A stretch of DNA of 64,000 bases from an uncultured Bacillota bacterium (GCA_949287095.1 CASEFA010000001.1:69320-133319); one strand, 5' to 3'. Counted from the first letter of the stretch, positions 38,354 to 48,059 are shown. Program-made: numbers and translations. Notes: generated by a model from the sequence alone, not told the origin.

Positions 38354-39232
38354 ATGGAAATTATAAAGAACGATGACCACAGGGGTACAAAATTCATCAA
38401 GCGTATTATAGTGGTATCCTTAAGCGCCATAGTCATGGCCTTTAACATACAGAGTTTCGTACATACAGGCGGTCTCTTTCCGGGGGGCATCAACGGCCTT
38501 ACCCTCCTTCTTCAAAGAGTGGGTGACGAATACTTCGGTACGCAGATACCTTACACCCTGCTCTACGTACCTTTAAATCTCATACCCATATTCGTAGGAG
38601 TAAAGTACGTAGGACGCAACTTCACGGTTTTTTCCCTCTATCAGATAGTGCTCACCAGCATACTTACCGACCTGATACCGGAAATTGCAATAACCTACGA
38701 CGAGCTTTTAGTGGGCATATTCGGCGGAATGGTGAACGGCTTTTCCATCACCCTCTGTCTTTTCGTAGGCGCTTCATCGGGAGGAATGGACTTTGTGTCC
38801 GTATACCTTTCCGAGCGTAGAGGACTGGATTCTTGGAATTTCATCCTCGCCGGAAACATCTGTGTTCTGGTGGCTGCAGGACTGCTGTTCGGCTTCGACA
38901 AAGCCCTGTACTCCATTATCTTCCAGTTCTCATCCACCCAAGTGATTCATAACCTGTACCGCAGATACACCAAGCACACCCTCCTCGTCATCACGGAGCT
39001 GCCCGACGCGGTATACGCCCGCATCAAAACCATTACCCGTCACGACGCCACCCTCTTTAAAGGCGAGGGCATGTTCGAGCGTCAGGAGCGTTCCATGGTC
39101 TACTCCGTAATCGCAGGAGACGAGCTTGGAAAAGTTATGAGAGCCATCAAATCAGTAGACCCCCGGGCTTTTGTCAATGTAGTCCGCACGGAGCAGGTGG
39201 ACGGCACCTTCTATAAGCGCCCTATGGAATAA
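38354..39232 (+). CDS. YitT-family membrane protein (DUF2179 C-terminal domain)
   Basis: 292 aa. Five or six TM helices, then ...TLLVITELPDAVYARIKTITRHDATLFKGEGMF...VVRTEQVDG. Confidence 0.75.
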   Translation: MEIIKNDDHRGTKFIKRIIVVSLSAIVMAFNIQSFVHTGGLFPGGINGLTLLLQRVGDEYFGTQIPYTLLYVPLNLIPIFVGVKYVGRNFTVFSLYQIVLTSILTDLIPEIAITYDELLVGIFGGMVNGFSITLCLFVGASSGGMDFVSVYLSERRGLDSWNFILAGNICVLVAAGLLFGFDKALYSIIFQFSSTQVIHNLYRRYTKHTLLVITELPDAVYARIKTITRHDATLFKGEGMFERQERSMVYSVIAGDELGKVMRAIKSVDPRAFVNVVRTEQVDGTFYKRPME

Positions 39233-39248
39233 GTCTTAAAATCAGCTT

Positions 39249-39293
39249 AAAACCGCTGTATCTATTGAAATTTCAATAGTTACAGCGGTTTTT
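39249..39293. terminator. bidirectional rho-independent terminator
   Basis: AAAACCGCTGTAtctattgaaatttcaatagtTACAGCGGTTTTT. Confidence 0.8.
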
Positions 39294-39320
39294 ATAAACA
39301 CTTTTGTCATATAACCTGTA

Positions 39321-39923
39321 TTACAGCTCTCTTCTTCCTTCCATGGCCTTGAGAAGTGTAACCTCGTCGGCATATTCCAGGTCTCCGCCCACAGGTATGC
39401 CGTTGGCGATTCTGCTGACTTTGATGCCTGAAGGCTTTAAGAGTCTTGCTATGTACATGGCCGTGGCCTCTCCCTCGATGTTAGGATTGGTAGCGAGAAT
39501 CACCTCTTTAACGCCCGGGTTTTCCTGAAGCCTTACTATGAGGCTCTTAAGGTTTATATCCTCGGGTCCCACTCCCTCCATAGGAGAGATGGCTCCGTGA
39601 AGGACGTGGTAAAGCCCGTCGAATTCCCTTATCCTCTCCATGGCCATTACGTCCTTGGGACTTTCCACCACGCATATTACGTCCTGCCTGCGCCCTTTGT
39701 CGGAGCATATGGCGCACGGGTCGGTGTCGGTAAGGTTTCCGCAGACCGAGCAGTATTTCATCTTTTCCTTTGCGTCCACGATGGACTCGGCCAGGTTTTT
39801 CGCTTCCTTATCCTCCATGGACATAATGTAAAAGGCCAGGCGCTGAGCCGTCTTGCCTCCGATTCCCGGAAGATGTGAAAGCTCGTTTATAAGCCGCGCA
39901 AGGGGCTGGGGATAATTTCTCAT
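39321..39923 (-). CDS. recR: recombination protein RecR
   Basis: 200 aa. [14 protein letters not shown] Hh[17 protein letters not shown] zinc finger, Toprim domain. Confidence 0.95.
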   Translation of the reverse strand: MRNYPQPLARLINELSHLPGIGGKTAQRLAFYIMSMEDKEAKNLAESIVDAKEKMKYCSVCGNLTDTDPCAICSDKGRRQDVICVVESPKDVMAMERIREFDGLYHVLHGAISPMEGVGPEDINLKSLIVRLQENPGVKEVILATNPNIEGEATAMYIARLLKPSGIKVSRIANGIPVGGDLEYADEVTLLKAMEGRREL

Positions 39924-39934
39924 ACTCCGCCCCG

Positions 39935-40297
39935 CTACATGAGTCCCGGAATGTTAAGGCCGCCCGTAAGCTTACCCATTTCCTGTCCGGAAACCTCGTC
40001 CACCTGTCTCATAACCTCGTTTACGGCCGCCAGAATAAGGTCCTGAAGCATTTCCACGTCATCAGGATCCACGACGTCCTTATCTATAACCAGATTCTTA
40101 AGTTCCTTCTTTCCGTTAGCGGTTACGGAAACTGCGCCGCCGCCCGATGTTGCAGTAAACTCTCTCTCTTCAAGCTCCGCCTGAATCTGCTCCATCTGGC
40201 GCTGCATGGCCTGAACCTGCTGGAGCTGCTTCTGCATATTTCCGCCGCCCATTCCCTGAGGTTTAGGTCTCTTTCCGGCTTTCATTCCTCTTCCCAT
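39935..40297 (-). CDS. ybaB: nucleoid-associated protein YbaB/EbfC
   Basis: 120 aa. Q-rich N-terminus, ...[40 protein letters not shown]. Confidence 0.9.
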   Translation of the reverse strand: MGRGMKAGKRPKPQGMGGGNMQKQLQQVQAMQRQMEQIQAELEEREFTATSGGGAVSVTANGKKELKNLVIDKDVVDPDDVEMLQDLILAAVNEVMRQVDEVSGQEMGKLTGGLNIPGLM

Positions 40298-40317
40298 ATT
40301 ATCTGTCCTCCGTTTCT

Positions 40318-41904
40318 CTATTCTATGGTTACATTATCTATGTGAAGTTTTTCTCTCACTTCTTCCGCAATCTCCCGGGCTTTTTCCTCAGCCTCATCCT
40401 CATCCGGCTCCGCTCCCTCAAGTCTGCACACAGGCCTCAGCTTTCTCCCGATCTCCTCTTCCATGAGCTCCGCTATGAGACGGCTGTCCTTTTCGATTAT
40501 GTTCTTTATAAACTCTGTCCTGACCAGAATCTTAAAGGAATCCTTTCCGATTTCCGCAAGCGTCGAACCGGTCTTTATCAGGTTGAAGCTGGGTCTTACC
40601 TTCTCCGCCTTTCGGAAGATGCTGTGCCAGATCTCGTCCAGATTATATTCCTCTTCACCCCTGCTTTTCTCCGCCGGAGGTTCTGAGACTTTCGGCTTTT
40701 CTTCAGCCGTCTTGACAGGCGCGGCTTCAGGCGGTTTCGCGGTAACCTCCTTCTTCGTTTCCGCGGAGTGAATCCGCTCCGTCCTGATTTCGGCAGATTT
40801 TGACACTTCACGATCCGACTCCCTGACTCCGTCCGCAAGGGTCGCTGCAGCCAGTTCCAGAAGCACTCTCGGCTGCGATGAATATCTGGCGTCATTTATG
40901 GTTTTCGCCAGAGTCAGTATTCCTTCGTTGATCTCATCGAGGGAGATTCTGCCGCTCTGTTCCCTCAACGTCTTTATGTTATCCGCAGACATGTTCAGCA
41001 CGTCTTCCGGTTTTTTTACGTATTTCGTTATGAGAAGGCACCGGTAATGACTCATCCAGTCCTTCATAATCTGCTTCGCGTCTTTGCCTTCCCTCAGAGC
41101 TTCATCGAGTATCATCAGCGCGCCGCCTACATTCTTCAGGAGCACTTTCTCCGTAAGCTCGATGAAGTATTCCTCCGACACTGTGCCGAGAAAGTCGAGA
41201 ATAAGATCCCTGTCTATCTCTCTGTCGCCTCCGGACAGGCACTGATCGAGAATGCTTAGACCGTCTCTTACCGAGCCGTCTGCATTTGCAGCCAAAAGGT
41301 GAAGGGCGCTGTCCGTTATCTTCACTCCCCGCTCATCGCATATGGCCTTCATATGACCTGCCAGCTCCCTTTCCGGTACTCTCCTGAAATCCAGCCTCAT
41401 ACACCTTGAAAGGATGGTCTGAGGAAGCTTCTGAGGGTCTGTAGTAGCCAGTATGAACATGACGTTCTCAGGCGGCTCCTCCAGAGTTTTCAGCAGAGCG
41501 TTGGACGCACCCGCAGAAAGCATGTGAACCTCATCTATTATATATACTTTTTTTCTCCCCGCTGCAGGAGGATACTTTACGCTTTCGCGAAGTTCTCTGA
41601 TATTATCCACGCCGTTGTTGGAAGCGGCGTCTATTTCTATGACGTCCAGAAACGTTCCGTTCTTTATAGCCGTGCAGTTTTCGCAGATTCCGCACGGTCT
41701 GTCGCCATCGGACAGACAGTTTACCGCCTTGGCGAGAATCCTCGCAGTAGACGTCTTTCCTGTTCCTCTGGTGCCGCAGAAAAGATAAGCGTGACTTACC
41801 GTATCAGTCTTAATCTGGTTGCGAAGCACCTTAACGATGTGCTCCTGACCCAGTATCTCAGAAAACACTTCGGGTCTTTTCGCTCTGTACAGGGCTGTAT
41901 ACAT
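40318..41904 (-). CDS. dnaX: DNA polymerase III subunits gamma/tau
   Basis: 528 aa. [19 protein letters not shown]...[11 protein letters not shown], zinc module [16 protein letters not shown]. Confidence 0.95.
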   Translation of the reverse strand: MYTALYRAKRPEVFSEILGQEHIVKVLRNQIKTDTVSHAYLFCGTRGTGKTSTARILAKAVNCLSDGDRPCGICENCTAIKNGTFLDVIEIDAASNNGVDNIRELRESVKYPPAAGRKKVYIIDEVHMLSAGASNALLKTLEEPPENVMFILATTDPQKLPQTILSRCMRLDFRRVPERELAGHMKAICDERGVKITDSALHLLAANADGSVRDGLSILDQCLSGGDREIDRDLILDFLGTVSEEYFIELTEKVLLKNVGGALMILDEALREGKDAKQIMKDWMSHYRCLLITKYVKKPEDVLNMSADNIKTLREQSGRISLDEINEGILTLAKTINDARYSSQPRVLLELAAATLADGVRESDREVSKSAEIRTERIHSAETKKEVTAKPPEAAPVKTAEEKPKVSEPPAEKSRGEEEYNLDEIWHSIFRKAEKVRPSFNLIKTGSTLAEIGKDSFKILVRTEFIKNIIEKDSRLIAELMEEEIGRKLRPVCRLEGAEPDEDEAEEKAREIAEEVREKLHIDNVTIE

Positions 41905-41934
41905 CAGCTTTCTCTCCTTTCTGCACCGCTGAAT

Positions 41935-42098
41935 AAAATATGCCCCTTAACAGCTCCGCCAAACAAATGGAAAAGGCTTATCTGCGGCACATAAGAACCT
42001 CCGCTTATTGCTGCTTCCTTCCGGACCTGACAAGGTTCACGGTGTCTCATTGCGCAGGACCCAGACCAAGCCGGGCGAAGCTGTTAAAGGGCATATTT
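41935..42098 (-). ncRNA. ffs: signal recognition particle RNA (4.5S/scRNA, ffs)
   Basis: Minus strand contains the invariant domain IV motif GTCAGGTCCGGAAGGAAGCAGC. It is closed by a long terminal stem (ATGCCCTTTAACAGC...GCTGTTAAGGGGCAT) and sits in the classical ffs-dnaX-ybaB-recR arrangement. Ends are approximate. Confidence 0.85.
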
Positions 42099-42109
42099 AC
42101 AACGTATTA

Positions 42110-42138
42110 ATTATATTGGTTTTAGCCTGCCGTGTCAA
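42110..42138 (-). promoter_or_regulatory. sigma70 promoter TTGACA-17-TATAAT for ffs
   Basis: Minus strand TTGACAcggcaggctaaaaccaaTATAAT, immediately upstream of the SRP RNA. Confidence 0.7.
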
Positions 42139-42166
42139 GTTTTGCACCTGACCGGCAGGCTGAATT

Positions 42167-43090
42167 TTATCTTCCCGTCATGAACCTGAGTTCTTTCTTT
42201 GACGTGTCTATGCAGGTCATCGCTCCGAGAGGAATGTTTATCATCGGATTGTCATGTCCTGACTGAATGTTATATATTACCGGGATATCTTTATCACCTA
42301 TGGCGTCGAGAATAATACGGGTCATGTCGTAGCCCGGCACATCTTCTCTGCAGTCCGTGAACTGGCCGAGGACGATACCTTTAATGTTGTCGAACTTTCC
42401 GGCGTTTCTGAGCTGATATACATGTCTGTCCAGATTGCCTACATGCTCGCCTACTTCTTCGATGAACAGAATCTTACCGTCTGTATCCATATCGTAAGGC
42501 GTTCCCAGGGATGCACAGATGACCGTAAGGTTTCCGCCTGTCATTACGCCTTCGGCTTTTCCTTCTCTCGCTACCTTAAGCTCATGTCCGGCAGGCGCCT
42601 TATAGATGTATTCCGCGTCAGCGTTTATGGCTGCGAAGAATGCCTCTTTCACTTCAGGTGTGAAATTGTCAACGATGTTGGAAGAAACCATCGGGCCGTG
42701 GAAGGTAACCATGTCGCATTTCTGATTGAACAGAAGGTGCAGGCTGGATACGTCGCTGTATCCTACAAAAGGTTTCCTGTTGTCACGGATCACGTCAAGA
42801 TCCAGATAATCGATAATGCGGTTGGCTCCGTCTCCGCCTCTTATGCAGAATATGGCGTCGACGTCTTTGTCCGCAAACATTGAATTCAGGATTTCGCCGC
42901 GGAGAGATTCCTCTCCTGCCATGTATCCGCCCTTTGAGGCGGTAATGTTAGGCGCTTTCTTTACTTTGAAGCCCATCTCCTCGATGGCTTTAACGCACTG
43001 CTCTTCTCTTTCCGCTGTGATTGGTGAGCTGGTGCTTACAAGACCTATAGTAGCGCCTTCCTTTATTTTGTCAGGATATACCATGAACAT
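42167..43090 (-). CDS. S66-family LD-carboxypeptidase (LdcA/MccF-like), copy 1
   Basis: 307 aa. GYSDVSSLH serine-nucleophile motif and SGH near the C-terminus. Confidence 0.8.
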   Translation of the reverse strand: MFMVYPDKIKEGATIGLVSTSSPITAEREEQCVKAIEEMGFKVKKAPNITASKGGYMAGEESLRGEILNSMFADKDVDAIFCIRGGDGANRIIDYLDLDVIRDNRKPFVGYSDVSSLHLLFNQKCDMVTFHGPMVSSNIVDNFTPEVKEAFFAAINADAEYIYKAPAGHELKVAREGKAEGVMTGGNLTVICASLGTPYDMDTDGKILFIEEVGEHVGNLDRHVYQLRNAGKFDNIKGIVLGQFTDCREDVPGYDMTRIILDAIGDKDIPVIYNIQSGHDNPMINIPLGAMTCIDTSKKELRFMTGR

Positions 43091-43102
43091 TCACCTCCGG
43101 TA

Positions 43103-43639
43103 TTAATATCCCCACATGAGGTTTACGATGATTGCCGACATGATAAGGGAGAAAAGGTCTCCTGAAAGTCCTGCCAGCAGGGACTGTCTTGAGTTGGTGA
43201 TTCCTACGGCTCCAAAGTATACCGCAAGTACGTAGAATGTAGTCTCTGTAGATCCCATTGCAACGGATGCGATACGTCCGATCTGGCTCTGTGTTCCGTA
43301 CGTTTCCAGAAGGTCCGCACAGAGTCCCTGAGCGCCGCCTCCGGAGAAGGAACGCATGATTCCCATCGGAAGAACCTCTCCCGGAAGGCCTACCAGACTG
43401 GTAATCGGATCAAGGATTGCCACGATCCAGTCCATGGCTCCCGAAGCTCTGAGCATACCTATGGCGCAGAGCATTGCAACCAGATAAGGTATGATCATTA
43501 CGGATGTTTCGAAACCTTCCTTCGCACCTTCGGTGAAGGAGGAATAAACCGGAACTCTCTTTATTATAGCATAAAATGCTATAAGCATTACTATTACCGG
43601 TATAGCGTATACGGATATTGCATTTAATACTGCTGTCAT
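43103..43639 (-). CDS. spmB: SpmB-like nucleoside-recognition (Gate) domain membrane protein, copy 1
   Basis: 178 aa. EGAKEGFETSVMIIPYLVAMLCAIGMLRASGAMD, closely resembling B. subtilis SpmB as remembered. Confidence 0.75.
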   Translation of the reverse strand: MTAVLNAISVYAIPVIVMLIAFYAIIKRVPVYSSFTEGAKEGFETSVMIIPYLVAMLCAIGMLRASGAMDWIVAILDPITSLVGLPGEVLPMGIMRSFSGGGAQGLCADLLETYGTQSQIGRIASVAMGSTETTFYVLAVYFGAVGITNSRQSLLAGLSGDLFSLIMSAIIVNLMWGY

Positions 43640-43652
43640 TTTCTATACCTCC

Positions 43653-44360
43653 TTAACCTTCAATTGCACCTGCAGTATCGTCTGATGCCGATACCGGCTC
43701 CAGCGGATCGTCGCCGATGTATTCCTCGTTTATGATAAGAGTTCCGGCGGCTCTTTCCTTTTCGATATTGTAATCGTAGGTGAATATCTTAATCTTGTTA
43801 AGAAGCTTGGTCATGATAACACATACTGCAGCGGCGCAGAGAGTGGTCAGAATGGTAGGGCCTACGATTTCTGCGGCGCCTTCAGTCTGAACGGCCGATC
43901 TCATTGCGATGGCTGTAGTAGGCAGAATAGTAATAGATCCCGTGGAAATAGCCATTACCATTGTCTGAGCATCCGTTGCAACATTCTTTGACTTGTTGAG
44001 AGTCTGCAGGTCCTGCATGGCTCTGATTCCAAGAGGAGTGCACGCATTTCCGAGACCCAGAATGCTGGATGCGATGTAGAGAGAAATAGAAGAGTTTGCA
44101 GGATGGCCTTCCGGTATTCCCGGGAACATCCATCTCAGCAGAGGCGCCAATGCCTTACTCATCTTCTCACAAAGTCCGGCTTCTTCCATAACCTTCATAA
44201 GTCCGCAGAAGAATGCCATTGTACCGATAAGTCCGAGAGCGATTTCTACGGCCGAATCTGCAAAAGTGAACAGACTGTCCTGAATCGCTTCCACATTGCC
44301 GGTGATTATTCCGGCAACTACGGCGATGACCACCATGGCCACCCAAATGTAGTTCATCAT
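43653..44360 (-). CDS. spmA: SpmA-like nucleoside-recognition (Gate) domain membrane protein, copy 1
   Basis: 235 aa. MMNYIWVAMVVIAVVAGIITGN...GLIGTMAFFCGLMKVMEEAGL...GHPANS...LGLGNACTPLG. Confidence 0.75.
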   Translation of the reverse strand: MMNYIWVAMVVIAVVAGIITGNVEAIQDSLFTFADSAVEIALGLIGTMAFFCGLMKVMEEAGLCEKMSKALAPLLRWMFPGIPEGHPANSSISLYIASSILGLGNACTPLGIRAMQDLQTLNKSKNVATDAQTMVMAISTGSITILPTTAIAMRSAVQTEGAAEIVGPTILTTLCAAAVCVIMTKLLNKIKIFTYDYNIEKERAAGTLIINEEYIGDDPLEPVSASDDTAGAIEG

Positions 44361-44444
44361 AATTACTTTACCTCCAGTTTGAATAAATTTTTCCCCGTTT
44401 CGGGGAAATTCACGCCAGTAATTATAAAAACAGCCTATTCATAT

Positions 44445-44460
44445 TGCAATTCACGTGCCA
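44445..44460 (-). promoter_or_regulatory. sigma54 -24/-12 promoter
   Basis: Minus strand TGGCACgtgaaTTGCA, about 85 nt upstream of the spmA-like ATG at 44360. Confidence 0.75.
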
Positions 44461-44678
44461 CTACTCAGCTCCTTTCAATAATACTGTTTTTTTCAGTGTC
44501 GCCCGCCGTGTCACACGGCCCTTCGTTCCGATCAAATCCTGTCTGTCACTTCTTCAAATTGCACGATAATATGATTAAATGGGGTTTTATCGGGTGTTTG
44601 CGGAAATTTCATATTATACTGTTATGTTGCCAACACCCGGCTAATTGTGTATCATACACTGAGGAGGATTTAAGACTT

Positions 44679-45317
44679 ATGACCGATAATACCGAAAGAA
44701 TGAATACTGAAGACAGAATAAGATACGTATCCACCAACAAGGCCAAGATTATGTTCTTTATAACGGTAATGATTCTTTTTCTTCTCAGATTCATCATTAC
44801 CCTGCAGATAAAGTTTTACGGCATAGAGGGATACACGGTATACATCATTCCTACTCTCATATACTACGCCCTCATATTCCTTGCCGTTATTATTCTGTTT
44901 TTCTGCTATAAATGCTTCGTCACCACTTATGATGACAAATCCATCACGTATACCAACCACCTGCTGCGGAAATCCCGAACGGTAACGGTGGATGAAATAA
45001 GGTATGCGCTTCTCGACTGGAGAGGCATTCATCTTAAGAGGAGTTCCGCCGAAAACGAGCCTGATGCACTTACTATTCCTTTTTTCAGAGGCGGTATTGT
45101 AAACGCTTTCGATGCGGACAGGTTCTTCAGGATGCTCATAGCCAATGAAAATATCCGGGTAAACAAAACTTTCAAAACTCTCCCGGGATACACGAAAAAA
45201 TGGAAATGGGTTTCCATAATCTACGCACTTCTGGCTATATGCACACTACTCGCCTCTGCAAATTATCTTTATACGGTGATCGTGCTGTTTACCGCAAGCA
45301 GCAATAACCTCATATAG
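44679..45317 (+). CDS. hypothetical membrane protein (2 TM plus cytoplasmic beta-rich, PH-like domain plus C-terminal TM), paralogue 1
   Basis: GAGGAGG precedes ATG 44679. The rest of track ORF 44103-45317 is antisense to spmA and is discarded. Paralogous to 50655-51269. Confidence 0.6.
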   Translation: MTDNTERMNTEDRIRYVSTNKAKIMFFITVMILFLLRFIITLQIKFYGIEGYTVYIIPTLIYYALIFLAVIILFFCYKCFVTTYDDKSITYTNHLLRKSRTVTVDEIRYALLDWRGIHLKRSSAENEPDALTIPFFRGGIVNAFDADRFFRMLIANENIRVNKTFKTLPGYTKKWKWVSIIYALLAICTLLASANYLYTVIVLFTASSNNLI

Positions 45318-45336
45318 CAGCACATCAGGCAGTACG

Positions 45337-45390
45337 AAAAAGCACCGCTTTCCGGCAAGATCATATCCGGATAAAGCGGTGCTTACTTTA
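45337..45390. terminator. bidirectional hairpin terminator
   Basis: AAAAAGCACCGCTTTccgg...ccggATAAAGCGGTGCTT between convergent genes. Confidence 0.7.
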
Positions 45391-45421
45391 TGATGCAGTT
45401 TTTTCTTTCAGCTTATACGTC

Positions 45422-46720
45422 TTACACATCGTTTCTCGCCACGTCTTCGAAAGTTTCCCTCTTAACGGCGATGTAGCTTTCGCCGCCTTTGAGCATAACC
45501 GTTGCAGGCTTTGGCAGACGGTTATAGTTGGAAGCCATGGAGTAGTGATATGCTCCGGCGGTACATACGGCTACCGTATCGTATCTGGTGATGGATTCAG
45601 GGAACATTACGTCCTCCTGGATTATATCTCCCGATTCACAGCATCTTCCTACCAGTGACGCCTTAAAGTCGGCCTTTTCGTTCATCTTGTTCGCGGTAAG
45701 GCAGGTGTAGGCGGCCTTGTAGAGGGCATATCTCGGACTGTCGGTCATTCCTCCGTCAATGGAAACGTAGTTCTTGTATCCCGCTATCTTCTTTACCGTT
45801 CCGACGGTGTAGAGCACCATTCCGGCATCTGCCACTATGGAGCGGCCCGGTTCCATGTGAATCTCCGGCATGTCAAGTCCCAGCCTTGCGCATGTATCCT
45901 TTACGACCTTTGCAACCTGGGAAATCTTTTCGGCAATGTCAAGGTGCGGATCCGATTCCACATAGCGAACTCCGTAACCTCCGCCGAGGTCGAGAACTTT
46001 CGTGACAAATCCGTGCTTCTCCTTCATTTCGGCTATGAACTCAAGCATTACGACGGCGGCTCTCTCGAACACGTCCTCCGCGAATACCTGAGAGCCTACG
46101 TGGCAGTGGAAACCTCTCAGATCCACGTTAGGATAGCCCATGGCGGCAACGGTTATCTCCTCTGCCTGCCCCGTCTCTATGGCGCTGCCGAACTTAGAGT
46201 CAACCTGTCCGGTGGAAATGGCCTCGTAGGTGTGTGGGTCGATTCCCGGAGTTAGCCTTAAAATAATCTTCTGTCTGAAGCCTCTCTTTGCGGCCTCCTT
46301 ATCTACGGCCTTCACTTCTTCGATGTTATCAGCGACAAAGTATCCGATGCCGTTATCCATGGCGTAGGCTATGTCCTCATCTGTCTTATTGTTTGAATGG
46401 AAAAACGCCTTTGACAGATCGTATCCGGCCTTTACCGCAGTATATATCTCTCCCGAGGACACCACGTCTATTCCCATGTCCTCTTCCTTCATTATCTCGT
46501 AGATTCTCTTGAAGCAGTTGGCCTTTGAGGCGTAAAGAGGAGCGGCATCATCGCCGAAGCTTTCCTTCATCGCCTTCTTGTAAAGCCTGCAGTTGGCGCG
46601 GATTCTGTCCTCGTCCATGAGATAGAGAGGCGTTCCGTATTTTTTCGCAAGCTCCACCGTATCCTGTCCCGCAAACAGCAGATGTCCTTCAGGTGATACT
46701 GAAATGTTTTCACAGATCAT
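45422..46720 (-). CDS. lysA: diaminopimelate decarboxylase
   Basis: Start at ATG 46720 (MICENISVSPEGHLLFAG...), preferred because the longer track ORF would overlap dapF. YASKAN PLP-lysine, GGGYGV and CESGD motifs. Confidence 0.9.
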   Translation of the reverse strand: MICENISVSPEGHLLFAGQDTVELAKKYGTPLYLMDEDRIRANCRLYKKAMKESFGDDAAPLYASKANCFKRIYEIMKEEDMGIDVVSSGEIYTAVKAGYDLSKAFFHSNNKTDEDIAYAMDNGIGYFVADNIEEVKAVDKEAAKRGFRQKIILRLTPGIDPHTYEAISTGQVDSKFGSAIETGQAEEITVAAMGYPNVDLRGFHCHVGSQVFAEDVFERAAVVMLEFIAEMKEKHGFVTKVLDLGGGYGVRYVESDPHLDIAEKISQVAKVVKDTCARLGLDMPEIHMEPGRSIVADAGMVLYTVGTVKKIAGYKNYVSIDGGMTDSPRYALYKAAYTCLTANKMNEKADFKASLVGRCCESGDIIQEDVMFPESITRYDTVAVCTAGAYHYSMASNYNRLPKPATVMLKGGESYIAVKRETFEDVARNDV

Positions 46721-46751
46721 TTTTTTACCTTTCCTTTCACATAAAACATAT

Positions 46752-47591
46752 TTACAGGCTGAAGTCCTCAGCGACGGCTTCACCCTTTGCAACGACATCG
46801 GCAGGTCCCGAGAGAAAGATATCTCTGACCCGTTCTCCTTCAGACGCAACGTCAATTACGAGGCGTCCTCCTTCCATATCGACGGCAACATTTTTCCCGG
46901 AAACGACGCCCTTCATGGTCAGAACTGCTGCAACGGCTCCTGTTCCCGTTCCGCATGCAAAGGTAAAATCCTCCACGCCTCTTTCAAAGGTTCGCTCGAA
47001 AAGGATTCCATCTTCCTCCAGGTCGTAAAAATTTACGTTGGCGCCTTTTGGATAGCCTTCATAAGCTCTGAGGGCTCTTGCGGCAGCGTAAAGTCCCTCC
47101 TTAGGGTACCGCCTTAATCCCTTCCATTCTACCACACAATGGGGGATTCCGGGATCTCCCAGCTCGACATAAGAGCATATGTACGTTTTTTCATCGGCAG
47201 TCAGCTTCTCATCTATACGCACCTTCGTCGGTTCGTTGAGCCTTATCCGATACTCGCTTTCCGATAATCTTTCGCCAATAACGAGCCCTGCGGTAGTTTC
47301 CACTCTCTGGATTTCACCTGCCAGACCGTTTTCAAATCCGTACCTGCATATGCACCTGGCTCCGTTTCCGCACATCTCCCCCATGGAGCCGTCCGAATTG
47401 AAAAAGAGCATCCGAAAATCACCGGTTACTTCGGCTCTTTCCACCGCCATAAAGCCATCGGCTCCTATGGAAAATCTCCTGTGACAAAGGGTTCTCGCTA
47501 AATCGGAAAGCCGGTTAAGCGGAATGTTTTCGTCTATATTATTTATTATGATGAAGTCGTTTCCGGCTCCGTTCATTTTCCAAAATTTCAT
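46752..47591 (-). CDS. dapF: diaminopimelate epimerase
   Basis: 279 aa. MNGAGNDFIIINN, catalytic MCGNGARC and ACGTGTGA. Confidence 0.9.
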   Translation of the reverse strand: MKFWKMNGAGNDFIIINNIDENIPLNRLSDLARTLCHRRFSIGADGFMAVERAEVTGDFRMLFFNSDGSMGEMCGNGARCICRYGFENGLAGEIQRVETTAGLVIGERLSESEYRIRLNEPTKVRIDEKLTADEKTYICSYVELGDPGIPHCVVEWKGLRRYPKEGLYAAARALRAYEGYPKGANVNFYDLEEDGILFERTFERGVEDFTFACGTGTGAVAAVLTMKGVVSGKNVAVDMEGGRLVIDVASEGERVRDIFLSGPADVVAKGEAVAEDFSL

Positions 47592-47601
47592 ATCTATATA
47601 T

Positions 47602-48003
47602 CTATACGCTTCGCATTTCGTCAGCCCGCTTCTTAAGCTGGGAAACAGTCATTTCCTCACCTACAAGGAGCATGTTCTTCGCGTTCTTATATTCAAAACC
47701 TATTTTTATCACCGTAACGTAAGGTTCATTCATTACCTTACCCTGACGGGCCTTCTTCTTGCCGCTGGAGCTGGCTTTAGAAAATGACAGGCCTGTAATA
47801 TCATCCTTCGGTACCATCAGCTCCGACTCGCAGCACGGACACTTGAAATACACGCTGTTGTTGCCCAGAAGCTTCCACTCTTCGCGGTAAAGCCACTTCG
47901 GTTCTTTATTCTGACAAAAGGGACATTCCCCTATATCTTTGTCTGCAAATCTCTGATATATATCGTATACGGCATCTTCTTTTCTCGTGTATTCTTCCGC
48001 CAT
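47602..48003 (-). CDS. hypothetical zinc-ribbon protein
   Basis: 133 aa. CPFCQ...22 residues...CPCCES four-Cys ribbon, then a Lys-rich linker and a small beta-rich C-terminal domain. 10 nt upstream of dapF. Confidence 0.55.
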   Translation of the reverse strand: MAEEYTRKEDAVYDIYQRFADKDIGECPFCQNKEPKWLYREEWKLLGNNSVYFKCPCCESELMVPKDDITGLSFSKASSSGKKKARQGKVMNEPYVTVIKIGFEYKNAKNMLLVGEEMTVSQLKKRADEMRSV

Positions 48004-48024
48004 CCTTATCTCCTGTTTAAATAC

Positions 48025-48046
48025 GGGGCAGTACGCATACTGCCCC
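48025..48046 (-). terminator. hairpin after LD-carboxypeptidase copy 2
   Basis: GGGGCAGTA-cgca-TACTGCCCC 9-bp stem. Weak U tract. Confidence 0.45.
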
Positions 48047-48059
48047 TAAATGAATAAAG

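Noticed and set aside
41545-41556. A-run (AGAAAAAAAG on the coding strand) inside dnaX as a possible programmed frameshift site like the E. coli tau/gamma site.
   Set aside because: It lies in the N-terminal ATPase region ([10 protein letters not shown], Walker B). A frameshift there would destroy the clamp-loader core, and there is no downstream stimulatory structure.
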